Counted from the first letter of the stretch, positions 41,207 to 51,058 are shown. The stretch is 64,000 nucleotides of DNA from an uncultured Actinomycetota bacterium (GCA_963746175.1 CAVVAH010000004.1:1349171-1413170); one strand, 5' to 3'. Program-made: numbers and translations. Notes: a model not told the origin generated them from the sequence alone.

Positions 41207-43108
41207 ATGCGCAGAGTGCTGACCGCCGTGATCGCGACCGCGCTGGCAGTCCTCTGGGCGGTGCCGTCGGCACCGGCTGAAGCGGACGGGACCAGCGGCG
41301 CCGCGACGACCGCCACCGACGCCACCCTGATGCGCTACGCCGAGCACACCTGGGCGTCGTTCACGGCGATGGTCGACACCGACAGCGGCCTGCCGACCGA
41401 CCAGCTCTTCGACGACGGGCACACCGACGTGCAGACGTCGACGACCAACATCGGCGCGTACATGTGGAGCGCGATCGCGGCCGAGAGGCTCGGCATCATC
41501 GACCACGCCGAGGTCGTCAGCCGGCTGACCAAGACCATCACGACGGTCGAAGGCATGGAGACCTACGAGTCGACCGGCCAGTTCTACAACTGGTACGACC
41601 ACCGCAACGGCGCGAAGCTCACCAGCTGGCCGCCGACCGGCAAGCCGCTGGACCCGATCCTCTCCTCGGTCGACAACGCCTGGCTGGCGACCGGCCTCAA
41701 GATCGTGCACAACTCGGTCCCGGAGCTCGCCGCCCGCGCCGGGGCGATCTACGACTCGATGGACTTCGGCTTCTACTACGTCCCGGACAAGAACCGGGTC
41801 CTGTTCCACTTCAAGCCCTCCACCGGTGACGGCCCGTGCTGCTACGACACCGTCCTCTCGGAGTCCAGGATCGTCGACTACATCGGCATCACCAAGGGCG
41901 AGCTGCCGCGCAAGGAGTACTACGGCCGCTGGCGCTCCTTCCCGGACACCTGCGACTACTCCTGGCAGGAGCAGAAGCCGACCGGCTACTGGGCCAGCTA
42001 CGACGGTGTCGACGTCTACGACGGCAGCTACACGTACAACGACACGAAGATCACGCCCAGCTGGGGCGGCTCGATGTTCGAGGCGCTCATGCCCTCGCTG
42101 TTCGTCCCGGAGGAGACCTGGGGTGCCGGCTCGTGGCGGCAGAACCACCCGCTCACCGTCGACGCGCAGATCGACCACGGCATGAACGTCGCGCAGTACG
42201 GCGTGTGGGGCTTCTCGCCGTCGAACATCCCTGAGGGCGGGTACAGCGCCTACGGCGTCGACCTGGCCGGGATGGACCCCAGCGGTATGCCCTCCAACGA
42301 GGACAACACCCTGGTGGACCACGGGTTCCCCGGCTGCGACGGGCACCCTGCGGTGGCCGACCCGCCGCCCAGCGCGTACACCGACGGCGTCGTGACGCCG
42401 CATGCCGCGTTCCTGGGCCTGCGCTTCCGCCCGGTTCAGACGATCGCGAACCTGGCGCGGCTCGAGGCGATGCCCGGGGTCTTCGACAAGTGGGGCTTCG
42501 CGGACTCGGTCAACGTCGGCACCGGCCACCCGTCGGCGTCGTACCTCTCGCTCGACCAGGGCATGATCATGGCCGCGCTCGGCAACTACCTGGGTGGCGA
42601 CGTCATGCGCACGTCGTTCTCCTCGCCCGACATCGTCAAGGCGGTCCGGCCGGTGCTCGGCGTCGAGGAGTTCAACACCCGCCCGCGCGCCTGCACCCTG
42701 ACCGGCACCTCGGGCCCGGACCGGCTGGTCGGCACCAGTGCGGTCGACGTGATCTGCGGCCTCGGCGGCAACGACCGGATCGAGGGGATGGGTGGGGCCG
42801 ACGTCCTCTACGGCGATGACGGCGTCGACCGCGTCGTCGGCGGTTCCGGCGACGACACCCTCTACGGCGATGCCGGGGACGACCGGCTGGACGGCGGGGA
42901 CGGCGCCGACGTCCTGTCGGGCGGGGCCGGCACCGACAAGCTCGTCGGCGGGCCTGGGTGCCGACCACGCCGAGGGCGGCCTCGGCACGGACAGCTGCGT
43001 GACCGACGCCGCCGACGACCAGCCTGGCGGCTGCTGACACCGGGCGCGCGCACGGGACCGGACCACGCTGACCCGCGTGGTCCGGTCCGTCTGCAGGCGG
43101 AGCGATGA
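41207..43108 (+). CDS. secreted protein: signal peptide, large DUF3131/glucoamylase-like domain (tentative), C-terminal RTX-type calcium-binding repeats; C-terminus apparently frameshifted (alternative end 43037)
   Basis: Signal [26 protein letters not shown]. GGxGxD nonapeptide repeats [63 protein letters not shown]. One extra C in GGGCCTGGG (42960-42968) shifts the last ~30 aa; the corrected frame would end ...[27 protein letters not shown] at 43037. Confidence 0.65.
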   Translation: MRRVLTAVIATALAVLWAVPSAPAEADGTSGAATTATDATLMRYAEHTWASFTAMVDTDSGLPTDQLFDDGHTDVQTSTTNIGAYMWSAIAAERLGIIDHAEVVSRLTKTITTVEGMETYESTGQFYNWYDHRNGAKLTSWPPTGKPLDPILSSVDNAWLATGLKIVHNSVPELAARAGAIYDSMDFGFYYVPDKNRVLFHFKPSTGDGPCCYDTVLSESRIVDYIGITKGELPRKEYYGRWRSFPDTCDYSWQEQKPTGYWASYDGVDVYDGSYTYNDTKITPSWGGSMFEALMPSLFVPEETWGAGSWRQNHPLTVDAQIDHGMNVAQYGVWGFSPSNIPEGGYSAYGVDLAGMDPSGMPSNEDNTLVDHGFPGCDGHPAVADPPPSAYTDGVVTPHAAFLGLRFRPVQTIANLARLEAMPGVFDKWGFADSVNVGTGHPSASYLSLDQGMIMAALGNYLGGDVMRTSFSSPDIVKAVRPVLGVEEFNTRPRACTLTGTSGPDRLVGTSAVDVICGLGGNDRIEGMGGADVLYGDDGVDRVVGGSGDDTLYGDAGDDRLDGGDGADVLSGGAGTDKLVGGPGCRPRRGRPRHGQLRDRRRRRPAWRLLTPGARTGPDHADPRGPVRLQAER

Positions 43109-43162
43109 GTTCCTGTCGGTCCGCGCGTCTACCGTCGCGACACCGGACGACGGGAGACCTCC

Positions 43163-44569
43163 ATGAGCACCAGCACGACGACTCTCGACCTGGCAGCCCT
43201 GCGCGCCTCCGTGCGCGGCAGCGTGGTCGGCCCGGACGACGCGGGCTACGACGCGGCACGCGGCACGATGTCCGTCGCGGCCGCGGACCTCCGCCCGCTC
43301 GCGGTCGTCGCACCGGCGGACGCCGCCGACGTCGCGCACGTCGTCCGGCTGGCTGCCGAGCATGGCTTCGACCTCGCTGTGCGCAGCGGCGGCCACAGCG
43401 CTGCCGCCCACTCGACGGTCGACGGCGGTGTCGTCCTCGACCTCCGGTCGCTGGACGGCATCGAGATCGACGTGGACGGCCGCTCGGTGTGGGCCGGCGC
43501 CGGCCTCACCGCCGTCGCGCTGTCGACCGCCACCGCGGAGCACGGCCTGGCGATCGGCTTCGGCGACACCGGCTCGGTGGGGATCGGCGGCATCACGCTC
43601 GGGGGTGGCGTCGGGTACCTGGTCCGGAAGCACGGCCTGACCGTCGACAACCTGCTGGCCGCCGAGGTGGTGACCGCGGCCGGCGACGTCGTGGTGGCCG
43701 ACGATCAGTCGCACCCCGAGCTGTTCTGGGCGCTGCGCGGGGGCGGCGGCAACTTCGGCGTCGTCACCCGGTTCCGCTACCGGCTGCACGAGGTCGGCAC
43801 GGTGTACGGCGGGCTGCTGGTGCTGCCGGCCACCGCGGAGTCCGTCGCAGGTTTCGTCGTCGCGGCCGACGCCGCGCCGGAGGAGCTGTCGACCATCGCG
43901 AACGTCATGAGCTGCCCGCCGATGCCGTTCATCGGTGCGGAGCACCACGGGAAGCCCGTGATCCTCGCGCTGGTCTGCTGGTGCGGCGAGCCGGCCGAGG
44001 CCGAGGGTGCAGTCGCCCCGCTGCGCGCGCTGGCCGAGCCGCTCGCCGACCTGCTGCACCCGTCGACGTACCCGGAGCTGTTCCCGCCGGAGGACCCCGA
44101 CTACCACCCCACCGCGGTGAGCCGGACGATGTTCGCCTCCGGCATCGACGCGGCCGCGGCTGCGACCGTCGTGGACCGGATCGCGTCGTCCGACGCCGCG
44201 CTCCGCGCGGTCCAGATCCGCGTCCTCGGCGGTGCCTACGCGCGGGTCGCGGCCGACGCCACGGCGTACGCCCACCGGGCCAGCCGGCTGATGGTCAACG
44301 TCGCCTGCTTCTACGTCGGTGACGACGACAAGCCACGGCGGCAGGCGTGGGTCGACGAGCTGTCGACGGTGCTGCACGACGGCGACGACGCCGCGTACGT
44401 CAACTTCGTCGGTGACGAGGGAGACGACCGGGTCCGCGCGGCCTACCCCGGCGCCACGTGGGAGCGGCTGCGCGGCGTCAAGGCGCAGTACGACCCCGCG
44501 AACCTGTTCCACCGCAACCACAACATCCCGCCGGCCGACGCGACGGTGCCCGGCGCGCGCCGGTCCTGA
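43163..44569 (+). CDS. FAD-binding oxidoreductase (FAD_binding_4 / berberine-bridge-enzyme-like)
   Basis: RSGGHS FAD-attachment motif (VRSGGHSAAAHS), the PCMH-type FAD domain, and a BBE-like C-terminal YVNFVGDEGDDRVRAAYPGATWERLRGVKAQYDPANLFHRNHNIPP. Confidence 0.85.
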   Translation: MSTSTTTLDLAALRASVRGSVVGPDDAGYDAARGTMSVAAADLRPLAVVAPADAADVAHVVRLAAEHGFDLAVRSGGHSAAAHSTVDGGVVLDLRSLDGIEIDVDGRSVWAGAGLTAVALSTATAEHGLAIGFGDTGSVGIGGITLGGGVGYLVRKHGLTVDNLLAAEVVTAAGDVVVADDQSHPELFWALRGGGGNFGVVTRFRYRLHEVGTVYGGLLVLPATAESVAGFVVAADAAPEELSTIANVMSCPPMPFIGAEHHGKPVILALVCWCGEPAEAEGAVAPLRALAEPLADLLHPSTYPELFPPEDPDYHPTAVSRTMFASGIDAAAAATVVDRIASSDAALRAVQIRVLGGAYARVAADATAYAHRASRLMVNVACFYVGDDDKPRRQAWVDELSTVLHDGDDAAYVNFVGDEGDDRVRAAYPGATWERLRGVKAQYDPANLFHRNHNIPPADATVPGARRS

Positions 44570-45383
44570 CGGTCCTCGTGCGGTGCCGCGTCAGGAGACC
44601 GAGGACACGGGCGAGGAAGTCGTCGACGGTCGAGCGGACCTGCTGCTGCTCCGGGCCCTCGAGCATCGCGACCCCGTGGTCGGAGCCCGGCAGCATGAGG
44701 ACGGTCTCCGGGCCGGGGTGCAGCACGCGCAGCTGCCGGGCGTTCCGGCTGTCGAAGTAGCCGTCGTCCTTGCTGCTGATCTGCAGCAGCGGGCCGTGCC
44801 ACTTCCTGATGCCGGGCCGGCCGTCGAAGCCGGGCAACGTCAGCTCGCCGCCGAACGACAGGACGCCCGCGAGCCGCGGCCGCACCCGGTGCGCCTCGGA
44901 CAGCGCGAAGGCACCGCCGAGCGAGGCGCCCGCGAGCACGACCTTCTCGGCGCCCGCCGTCCGCAGCGCCTCGACCGCGAGCAACGGCACCTCGGCGCGC
45001 GGCTCCTTCCAGTCGAAGAGCGCGACCCGGTAGTGCCTCGCCAGCTCCGTGGCGTACGGCAGCCACTGGCAGATGTCGCCGTCGCTCTGCGGGCCGAGGA
45101 CGACCCCGCCGGTGCCGCTGCCCAGCAGCAGGAACGCGACGCCGTTGCCCTCGCTGGTCGTGGTCCGCACGAAGTCGCCGCCGGCGTCGGCCGCGCAGTC
45201 CGGCCTGTCGGCGAGCGGGAAGCCGTTGGGGTCCAGCTCCCGGGTGGGCGACGCGCTCGCGCTCGGCGACGAGGCCGAGGGCGGCGTGCCCGTTCCGCCC
45301 GCCCGGGTGCCCGCGTCGCTGCTGCCCCCGCAGCCGGCCAGCAGCACGACCGCCAGCACCGGTGCGACCCGTCGGACGATCAT
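44478..45383 (-). CDS. alpha/beta-hydrolase lipoprotein
   Basis: Lipobox VLAVVLLAGCGGSS, then a Ser/Pro/Thr linker. Nucleophile elbow GASLGG, His region GSDHG. ATG at 45381-45383. The 3' end overlaps the convergent FAD oxidase by ~90 bp. Confidence 0.7.
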   Translation of the reverse strand: MIVRRVAPVLAVVLLAGCGGSSDAGTRAGGTGTPPSASSPSASASPTRELDPNGFPLADRPDCAADAGGDFVRTTTSEGNGVAFLLLGSGTGGVVLGPQSDGDICQWLPYATELARHYRVALFDWKEPRAEVPLLAVEALRTAGAEKVVLAGASLGGAFALSEAHRVRPRLAGVLSFGGELTLPGFDGRPGIRKWHGPLLQISSKDDGYFDSRNARQLRVLHPGPETVLMLPGSDHGVAMLEGPEQQQVRSTVDDFLARVLGLLTRHRTRTVRTGARRAPSRRPAGCCGCGGTGSRGRTAP

Positions 45384-45450
45384 GCCCGCCACTATGGCAC
45401 GTCTGACATAGTCGGGTCGATCGTCCCGAGGTGACGGAAGGGGTACGGCG

Positions 45451-45993
45451 GTGCGCACCCTCGACTTCGCGGTGCTCGGGCTGGTGGCCCGGGTGCCGTC
45501 GACCGGCTACCAGCTCGCGGCGCGGATGAAGCGGCCGGTCGCCTACTACTGGGCCGAGGGGCACAGCGGCATCTACCCGTCGTTGCGCCGGCTGACCGAG
45601 GCCGGCTGGGTCACGGTCGCTGCCGAGGCCGGGCCGGGGCCGCACGGCAAGAAGGTCTACTCGGTCACGCCGGCCGGACGGCAGGCCCTGGGGGAGTGGG
45701 CCGTGCAGCCCCCGGTGGACCCCGCCGCGCGCGACGAGCTGGTGCTGAAGGTCTCGTCGCTGTGGGCCGCCCGGCCGACGGCGGCGATCGTCATGCTCGC
45801 TGCCGAGGCCCGCCGGTGGGAGGTCAAGCGGACGGAGCTGGCCGACGTCGTCGCCCGGCTGGAGGAGGCGGGGGACCCCGTCGGCTCCGCAGGCTGGTTC
45901 AGCCTGCAGACCGCCCTGCGCGGTCGTGACTACGCACGCGGCCGACGCGACTGGTGCCGACGGGTCGCGAGGGGCCTCTCGGGTGACGAATGA
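45451..45993 (+). CDS. PadR-family transcriptional regulator
   Basis: Winged-HTH region FAVLGLVARVPSTGYQLAARM...IYPSLRRLTEAGWV...KKVYSVTPAGRQAL. Divergent from the lipoprotein gene, 68 bp apart. Confidence 0.85.
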   Translation: MRTLDFAVLGLVARVPSTGYQLAARMKRPVAYYWAEGHSGIYPSLRRLTEAGWVTVAAEAGPGPHGKKVYSVTPAGRQALGEWAVQPPVDPAARDELVLKVSSLWAARPTAAIVMLAAEARRWEVKRTELADVVARLEEAGDPVGSAGWFSLQTALRGRDYARGRRDWCRRVARGLSGDE

Positions 45994-46124
45994 TGACCGC
46001 GGGGTACAAGGGGCGTAGCGTGTCCCCGGATCGCCGCGAGGTGGTCATGCACGAACCGCGTCCGGGAAACGACAGGACCCGGCTGAGCGACCGCCCCGCC
46101 GCCTCTTCTTCAGGAGATCGCGCA

Positions 46125-46625
46125 ATGACTGCACAGTTCCCGGGCACCCAGCGGGCCGATCTGCAGGTGGTCCGTGACGGTGAGCCCTCGACCGGCGGCG
46201 ACACCACGGCGCAGGCTCTCGGCCTGCTCGAGAACGCCCGCAAGGTCGCCGACTCGACCGTCGCCGAGGCCCGCGACGAGGCCGAGCGGCTGCTGACGGC
46301 GGCCCGCGAGCGGGCCCAGCAGGTGCAGCGCGACGCCAAGGAGCTCGGGCAGAAGCTGCGCGCCGACGCCGAGCGCGACGCCGCCCAGGCCCGCCACCAG
46401 GCGTACGGCGAGTCGGAGCGGATCGTCGGCGAGGCGCGCACCGAGGTCACCACCCTGAAGTCGTCGGTCTCCGGGCTGCGCGAGGAGCGTGACGCGGCCG
46501 AGGCCGCCATGCGCGAGCTGGCCGGCCGGCTGCAGAACGCCCTCGAGCGCTACGCCGACCAGAACCCCCAGCAGCACGACGGCGAGCAGCACGAGCAGCA
46601 CGAGGACCACGGCTACCAGGGCTGA
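46125..46625 (+). CDS. coiled-coil hypothetical protein (DivIVA/ATP-synthase-b-like heptad region, acidic His-rich tail)
   Basis: ATG at 46125 follows CAGGAGA. Central AEARDEAERLLTAARERAQQVQRDAKELGQKLRADAERDAAQARHQA coiled coil. C-terminal QQHDGEQHEQHEDHGYQG. Confidence 0.5.
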   Translation: MTAQFPGTQRADLQVVRDGEPSTGGDTTAQALGLLENARKVADSTVAEARDEAERLLTAARERAQQVQRDAKELGQKLRADAERDAAQARHQAYGESERIVGEARTEVTTLKSSVSGLREERDAAEAAMRELAGRLQNALERYADQNPQQHDGEQHEQHEDHGYQG

Positions 46626-46756
46626 ACGGCCCTGCAGGACCTGACGCTGCACCCGCTGAGCTGAACCGCCGCACCTGACCCGCCGTGCCGCTGCCGTCAG
46701 AGCGCCTGGACGAGCGGCGGCAGTCGACGCCACCCGCCGCCCGCGGCGGCCCACCG

Positions 46757-46835
46757 GTGATCCACAGCGGATCTGCGGATGATCCACAGTGGATCTGTTG
46801 GACCTGTCCCAACGGTCCGCTGTGGATCATCACGG
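46757..46835. promoter_or_regulatory. three copies of a 10-bp core TGATCCACAG (two direct, one inverted as CTGTGGATCA) inside partially palindromic GATCCACAGCGGATC-type sites
   Basis: GTGATCCACAGCGGATC, GATGATCCACAGTGGATC and CCGCTGTGGATCATCAC lie within 80 bp of the long intergenic region upstream of the NlpC/P60 gene. Confidence 0.3.
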
Positions 46836-46840
46836 GTCGC

Positions 46841-47000
46841 GCCAATCTCGGGGGTGCGCCCGTGACCCGGTCGTTTCGTCGCGATGTGCCATGGCTCGGC
46901 GAGTCGGACACTTGACGGGGCGGGTGTGACAGGTGTTCTCTATCGGGGCTGTTGTGGCGTCAATCGACCGACAGCCCCGACGCCACCTCCCGGGTGGCGC
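46841..47000 (+). ncRNA. candidate c-di-AMP (ydaO/kimA-type) riboswitch in the 5' leader of the RipA-like NlpC/P60 gene
   Basis: The ~390-nt leader contains AAUCUCGGGGGUGCGCCCGUGACCCGG, UGACGGGGCGGGUG and CGGGGCUG...CAGCCCCGA...CUCCCGGGUGG. These resemble the conserved AAUC / GGGG / ACCCG / ACGGGG / CCCGA blocks of ydaO RNAs, which are known upstream of actinobacterial cell-wall hydrolase genes. Not validated by a covariance model. Confidence 0.3.
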
Positions 47001-47017
47001 GCGAGAGGAGACGGCCG

Positions 47018-48498
47018 ATGGCGCAGCCCGCCAGCCGTCGCCTGCCGTCCGGGCGCCGGCCGCGTACCGCGCTGCTCGTCGCGGCCGCCGTCCTGGCCGC
47101 CGTCAGCCCGTTCGGCCCGGCCGCGCTGGCCGCCGACCACCCGGTGTACCCGAGCCGGTCCGAGGTCGACGCCAGCAAGGCCCAGGCCGCGTCGACGGCC
47201 GACCAGGTCGGCCAGATCGAGGCGCAGCTGGCGGCCGCGAGCACCCGCGCCGACCGGCTGGCGACCGAGGTAGCCCAGGCCGTCGAGGCCTACAACGGCG
47301 CCCGGGTGCAGCTGGACGCGGCGGTCGCGAGGGCGGCGCAGGCGCAGCGTGACGCCGACGAGGCGCAGCAGCGGGTCGCGGCGGCCCGGGACGAGCTCGG
47401 CCGGTTCGCTGCCGCCGCCTACCGCGCCGGCGGTGACCTCGGCGGGCTGTCCGCCTTCCTCTACGCGCAGAGCCCCCGCGACCTGCTGAGCCGGGCGTCG
47501 GCCCTGCAGTCGATCGGTGACAGCCGGCGGACCGCGCTCGAGGGCTTCCGGTCCGCGCAGGCGTACGCCACCGTGCTGGACCACCGCGCGGCGCAGCTGG
47601 TGGCCAAGCGCCGGGCGGCCGCGCGCCAGGTGGCCGCGGCGAAGGGTGCGGCCGAGTCCCGGCTGGCGGGGCAGCAGCAGGCGGTCGGCGAGATCGCGAC
47701 CCAGCGCGAGACGCTGGTGCGCAAGCTCGCCGAGGTACGGCACACGACGGTGCAGCTCGAGCGGGACCGCCAGGCCGGCCTCGAGCGCGCCCGCCAGGAG
47801 GCGCTGCGCCGGGAGGCGGAGCGACAGGCCCGCGAGGCCGCGCGGCAGGCCGAGGCGGCGAGGGCCGCCGCCGCGGCGAAGGCCGCCGAGGACGCCAGGG
47901 CGGCGGCCGCCGCGAAGGCCCGCAAGGACGCCGAGGACGCGAAAGCCGCCGAGGACGCCAAGGCGGCCCAGGACGCGTCGTCGGGCGGCAACGGCGGCGA
48001 GGGCAGCGGCGACGCGACCGGCTCGGGCTCGGGCGGTAGGGTGGCAAGGCGGGGGAACGGCGTGGGAACGGCGGTGGCGGGAACGGCGGTGGCGGCGCGC
48101 CCGAGCCGCCGCCGACCGGGACGTCGTCCGGCAGCAGCGCCGGCGCGCAGGCCGCGATCGACTACGCCCGCGCGCAGATGGGCAAGCCCTACCAGTGGGG
48201 CGCCGACGGCCCGTCCACGTTCGACTGCTCCGGGCTGGTCATGCGGGCCTGGCAGCAGGGCGGCGTCTCGCTGCCGCACTACTCGGTCGCGCAGTACGAG
48301 CAGTCCCAGCAGATCGGGCTCGGCGACCTGCGGGCCGGCGACCTCGTCTTCTTCGCGAGCAGCTCCGACTACCACTCGATCTACCACGTCGGCCTCTACA
48401 TCGGCGGCGGCCAGATGATCGAGGCGCCGTACACCGGTGAGTCGGTACGGGTGTCCAGCATCTACCGGTCCAGCCTGTTCGGCGCGGCCCGGCCATGA
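47018..48498 (+). pseudogene. RipA-like secreted peptidoglycan endopeptidase (N-terminal coiled coil + C-terminal NlpC/P60 domain), interrupted by an apparent 1-bp deletion in a G5 tract near 48050
   Basis: Frame A carries signal ALLVAAAVLAAVSPFGPAALAA plus a ~300-aa coiled coil ending GNGGEGSGDATGSGSGG. The -1 frame carries GNGGGGNGGGGAPEPPPTGTSSGSSAGAQAAIDYARAQMGKPYQWGADGPSTFDCSGLV...HVGLYIGG (catalytic Cys/His of C40 peptidases) up to the stop at 48498. ATG at 47018 follows GGAGACGG. Confidence 0.75.
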
Positions 48499-49184
48499 CC
48501 GGTGGGTTCGCCGGCTCGTACGGCGAGCGGCACGGCCGGGCCTTCGGCGGCTGGCTGGTGCTCTTCGCGATCGGCTACGTCGTCCTGCACCACGCCGGCA
48601 CGATCTTCGACGGGCTCGGTGAGGTCGGGGACACGCAGACTCGCTGGGCCGACTGGATCGACCTGCTCACGCCGTACGTCGTCGCCGGCACCGCGGGCGG
48701 CGCGCTGCGCGGCGGCGGTGCGAGCCGCGGGACGTGGACGGCGTACTGGTTCGCCGCGGTCCTCTACACCCAGGGCCACGGGATCCACCTCGCCGCCAAC
48801 AGCATCAACAACGCGCTGCCCGGCAGCCCCGAGCCCGGCTACCTCTGGGACGAGCACGTCGGGCACTACCTCTGGTACGTCGGCTTCTACCTGCTCGTGC
48901 TCGCCCTGGCCACCGGGCTCGCCGACCGGCGCACCCGCGGTGGCCTCGCCGGTCACCTGCTCGCGCTGCTCGTCGGCTTCACCAACTTCACGAACTCCGT
49001 CGAGGGCCAGACCCCATGGCTGGGAATCGGCGCCGCCGCGGTGTTCGCCGTGTGGGGGCTCCTGACCCGGGACGGCATCGGCCGCCTGCTGCTCACGGCG
49101 TACGGCTTCTCGCTGGTGCTGTTCGCGGCGTTCGGGATCTGGCAGGGCGGCTTCCCCGAGTTCTCCGAGCTCGGCTGGATCTAG
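48495..49184 (+). CDS. hypothetical polytopic membrane protein, translationally coupled to the NlpC/P60 gene
   Basis: 229 aa, ~6 hydrophobic helices. ATG overlaps the upstream TGA (ATGA). Confidence 0.6.
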   Translation: MTGGFAGSYGERHGRAFGGWLVLFAIGYVVLHHAGTIFDGLGEVGDTQTRWADWIDLLTPYVVAGTAGGALRGGGASRGTWTAYWFAAVLYTQGHGIHLAANSINNALPGSPEPGYLWDEHVGHYLWYVGFYLLVLALATGLADRRTRGGLAGHLLALLVGFTNFTNSVEGQTPWLGIGAAAVFAVWGLLTRDGIGRLLLTAYGFSLVLFAAFGIWQGGFPEFSELGWI

Positions 49185-50545
49185 CCGAATCCTCACCGAC
49201 AGCCACGTCGAAACCGCGGTCAACCACGGCGTCCGCGTGCGCGCGGGCGACGCGCTCGATGACGTCGGCACCGGCCGTCAGGCCGTCCCTCGCCCGTACC
49301 CGCTCGCCGACGGCGGCCAGGCGGGACCGCACCGACGGGTCGAGCACCGTCTCGAGCGCCGCCGAGAGCTGCTCGGCCGTGAAGGAGTACGTCGGCAGCC
49401 GCACGCCGAAGCCCAGCTCGTCCATCCGCTGCGCGTTGTCGTACTGGTCCCAGAACAGCGGCAGCAGCACCATCGGCTTGCCGAAGTGCAGCGACTCGGT
49501 GACGGTGTTGTTGCCGCCGTGGGTGACTACCGCGTCGACCTGCGGCACGATCCGCGTCTGCGGGAGCGAACTCCGCGCCGACCATGTTGTCGGCGAGCTC
49601 GTACTCCGCGTGCAGCGGGCCGGTGCTCACGACGTAGCGGTGGGGGGTGTCGACCGAGCACCTCGACGAGACGGCGCATCAGGTCGACGTCGCGCTGCCC
49701 GAGCGAGCCGAGCGACAGGTAGACGAGCGCGCTGCCGTCGGCCGGTCGCGCGACGCCGTCGGGCAGCTCGTAGTCCTCGTCGGTGCCGCGGACGCTCGAG
49801 TCCATCCGGTGCCACGTCGGGCCGAGCGGCCGGGCGTCGGTGTAGTCGGCTTCCTCCGGGAAGACGTAGAGGTTCGCCGTCTCGGACGTGGTGCACGAAC
49901 TCCAGGTCCGGCAGGTGCGGCGCGCCCTGCTCCACGACCCAGACGTCGAACGCCTCCCACGTCTCGCGGTGCGTGCGGTCGTACTCGCGTGCGGAACGCC
50001 GCCCACTCGCTGCGGTCGTCGGCCGGCAGGCCGGAGAACACTGGTGCGCACGTCCGGACCGCGCCACCTCGAGCGGGTTGCACGACACGATCCGCACGTA
50101 CGGCGCGCCGGACGTGAGCAGCGCCGGGAAGCCGACGACGTTGTCCAGGACGACGACGTCGGGCCGGGCCCGCGCGAGGATCTCGCGCAGCCGCGGCTCG
50201 CAGTACTTCGCGCCCGGCGATCAGGGCCTGCCACGTCGGCAGGACGAACGTCGACAGCTGCTCGACCGTCGGCTTGCGGAACTCCGGCGCGGTCTCGCGG
50301 ATGAAGTCCTTCCAGAACTGCCCGGCGTCCTGGCCGACGCGTCGGCGTCCGACGGCGGGGCCAGGTCGACGAGGTCCTCCTCGAAGCCGAGCGCCTCGAG
50401 CTGCCCCTCCAGGACGCCTCGGCCGCGAAGAGGACCCGGTGCACGCAGCGGCGAGCACGTCACCGAGGCCGATGCACTGGTTGGTCGGGCCGTACGCCGA
50501 CTCCGGCATGAACAGGATCGTGAGGGGCGCGGGCCCGACGGCCGG
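49093..50545 (-). pseudogene. UDP-glycosyltransferase (GT1, macrolide-glycosyltransferase-like) remnant broken into at least 6 reading-frame segments
   Basis: Recognisable pieces in N-to-C order: MPESAYGPTNQCIGLGDVLAAA; LEGQLEALGFEEDLVDLAP; GQFWKDFIRETAPEFRKPTVEQLSTFVLPTWQALIAG; RIVSCNPLE...EYDRTHRETWEAFDVWVVEQGAPHLPDLEFV; TANLYVFPEEADYTDARPLGPTWHRMDSSVRGTDEDYELP...ALVYLSLGSLG; STGPLHAEYELADNMVGAEF; PQVDAVVTHGGNNTVTESLHFGKPMVLLPLFWDQYDNAQR. One junction sits at a G6/C6 run (49642-49647). Confidence 0.65.
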
Positions 50546-50556
50546 CTCCGCCGCTA

Positions 50557-51058
50557 GTGAGCCTCGCCTCGCGACTGCGCCTCGGCCAGCCGCTGCCGGG
50601 ACGCGATGATCTCGGCCTCCGCCTCGACCCGCCCGGTCCAGGTGGCGCCCTCGACCGACTTGCCGGGCTCGAGGTCCTTGTAGACCTCGAAGAAGTGCTG
50701 GATCTCGAGGCGGTCGAACTCCGGCACGTGGTGGATGTCGCGCAGGTGCTCCGACCGCGGGTCGGTGGCAGGCACGCACAGCACCTTGTCGTCGCCGCCC
50801 GCCTCGTCGGTCATCCGGAACATGCCCAGGGCGCGCGCCTTGATGAGGCAGCCCGGGAAGGTCGGCTCCTCGAGCAGCACCAGGGCGTCCAGCGGGTCAC
50901 CGTCCTCGCCGAGGGTGTCCTCGATGAAGCCGTAGTCGGCCGGGTAGCGCGTGGACGTGAACAGCATCCGGTCCAGCCGGATCCGCCCGGACGCGTGGTC
51001 GACCTCGTACTTGTTGCGCTGCCCCTTGGGGATCTCGATGAGGACGTCGAACTCCACG
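50557..51058 (-). CDS. ppa: inorganic pyrophosphatase
   Basis: 167 aa from a GTG with GGAGG 7 nt upstream. Family I PPase motifs ([13 protein letters not shown]; [10 protein letters not shown]; DDKVL). Confidence 0.9.

Noticed and set aside
45990-46124. Longer N-terminal extension (MMTAGYKGRSVSPDRREVVMHEPRPG...) of the coiled-coil protein
   Set aside because: It has no RBS. The internal ATG at 46125 has a good CAGGAGA Shine-Dalgarno, and the extension overlaps the PadR 3' end.
39700-46700. Searched for a tyrosine/serine integrase, excisionase or transposase near the tRNA-Thr repeat array
   Set aside because: No ORF with R..HxxR..Y or serine-recombinase motifs is present. The element, if it existed, is a remnant.
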